DNA of 64,000 nucleotides. Source: a virus (taxonomy: Duplodnaviria > Caudoviricetes). Each line of letters starts with the position of its first letter. Positions within the stretch are counted from its first letter, which is position 1. The stretch is taken from positions 3,032-67,031 of IMG/VR virus record IMGVR_UViG_3300021399_000157; one strand, 5' to 3'. Position numbers and translations under genes: made by a program. This document shows positions 63,916-64,000 of the stretch, piece by piece. The notes below the pieces were generated by a model that did not search any database, was not told the origin of the DNA, and saw only the letters and a program-made list of their open reading frames with translations.

Positions 63916-64000
63916 TAATTATTTTCCTTTTCGTTAGTAAATCTTGGTTTTCCCATTAAAATACTTACTAATCTATTGTAATCAACTAAAAGATATCCAT
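63876..64000 (+). repeat. Direct repeat, right copy (truncated by the window end)
   Basis: Identical to 30835-30959. Confidence 0.9.

Noticed and set aside
1-64000. tRNA or rRNA genes
   Set aside because: No cloverleaf with T-loop GTTCGA/D-loop signatures or rRNA-like segment recognised by eye; a tRNAscan run would be needed to exclude them fully

Overview
The window has no bacterial chromosomal genes. It holds two different low-GC (Bacillota-type, genetic code 11) siphophage genomes joined head to tail, almost all on the minus strand. Phage A (~1-30834) is nearly CpG-free and has an A118/SPP1-like head and tail. It carries a Sak-like recombinase, a replication initiator, an M23 endolysin, a spore-coat-like low-complexity cassette, a GT2 glycosyltransferase and an apparent TerS-TerL fusion. 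Phage B (~30835-63875) is CpG-rich, with an HK97-like head, ERF, a cI/cro switch, a large serine integrase with an intact attP-like palindrome, and a ParB-ParB-radical SAM-MetK block. It is bounded by a direct repeat (30835-30959 = 63876-64000, spacing 33,041 bp), so it looks like a complete circular genome looped into phage A, either as a real co-integrate or as an assembly chimera. Two things stand out. (1) Just upstream of the phage A terminase, five unrelated small proteins, two of them ADP-ribosyltransferase-like, all begin with the leader M-x-x-L-[ND]-I-Q-x-F-GGRG-[AS]-[ST]-[SF]. This mimics the ribosomal protein L27 propeptide cleaved by the host protease Prp, and the five genes surround a ParB-DUF4417-like gene; I read it as a candidate tag-and-deliver cargo system. 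(2) A family of six structured non-coding elements in both phages shows compensatory base changes, strand-specific G-U pairs, an invariant G-G mismatch and variable loops; three of them form an ORF-free unit between a promoter and a terminator. Family names come from motif recognition by eye; no searches were run.
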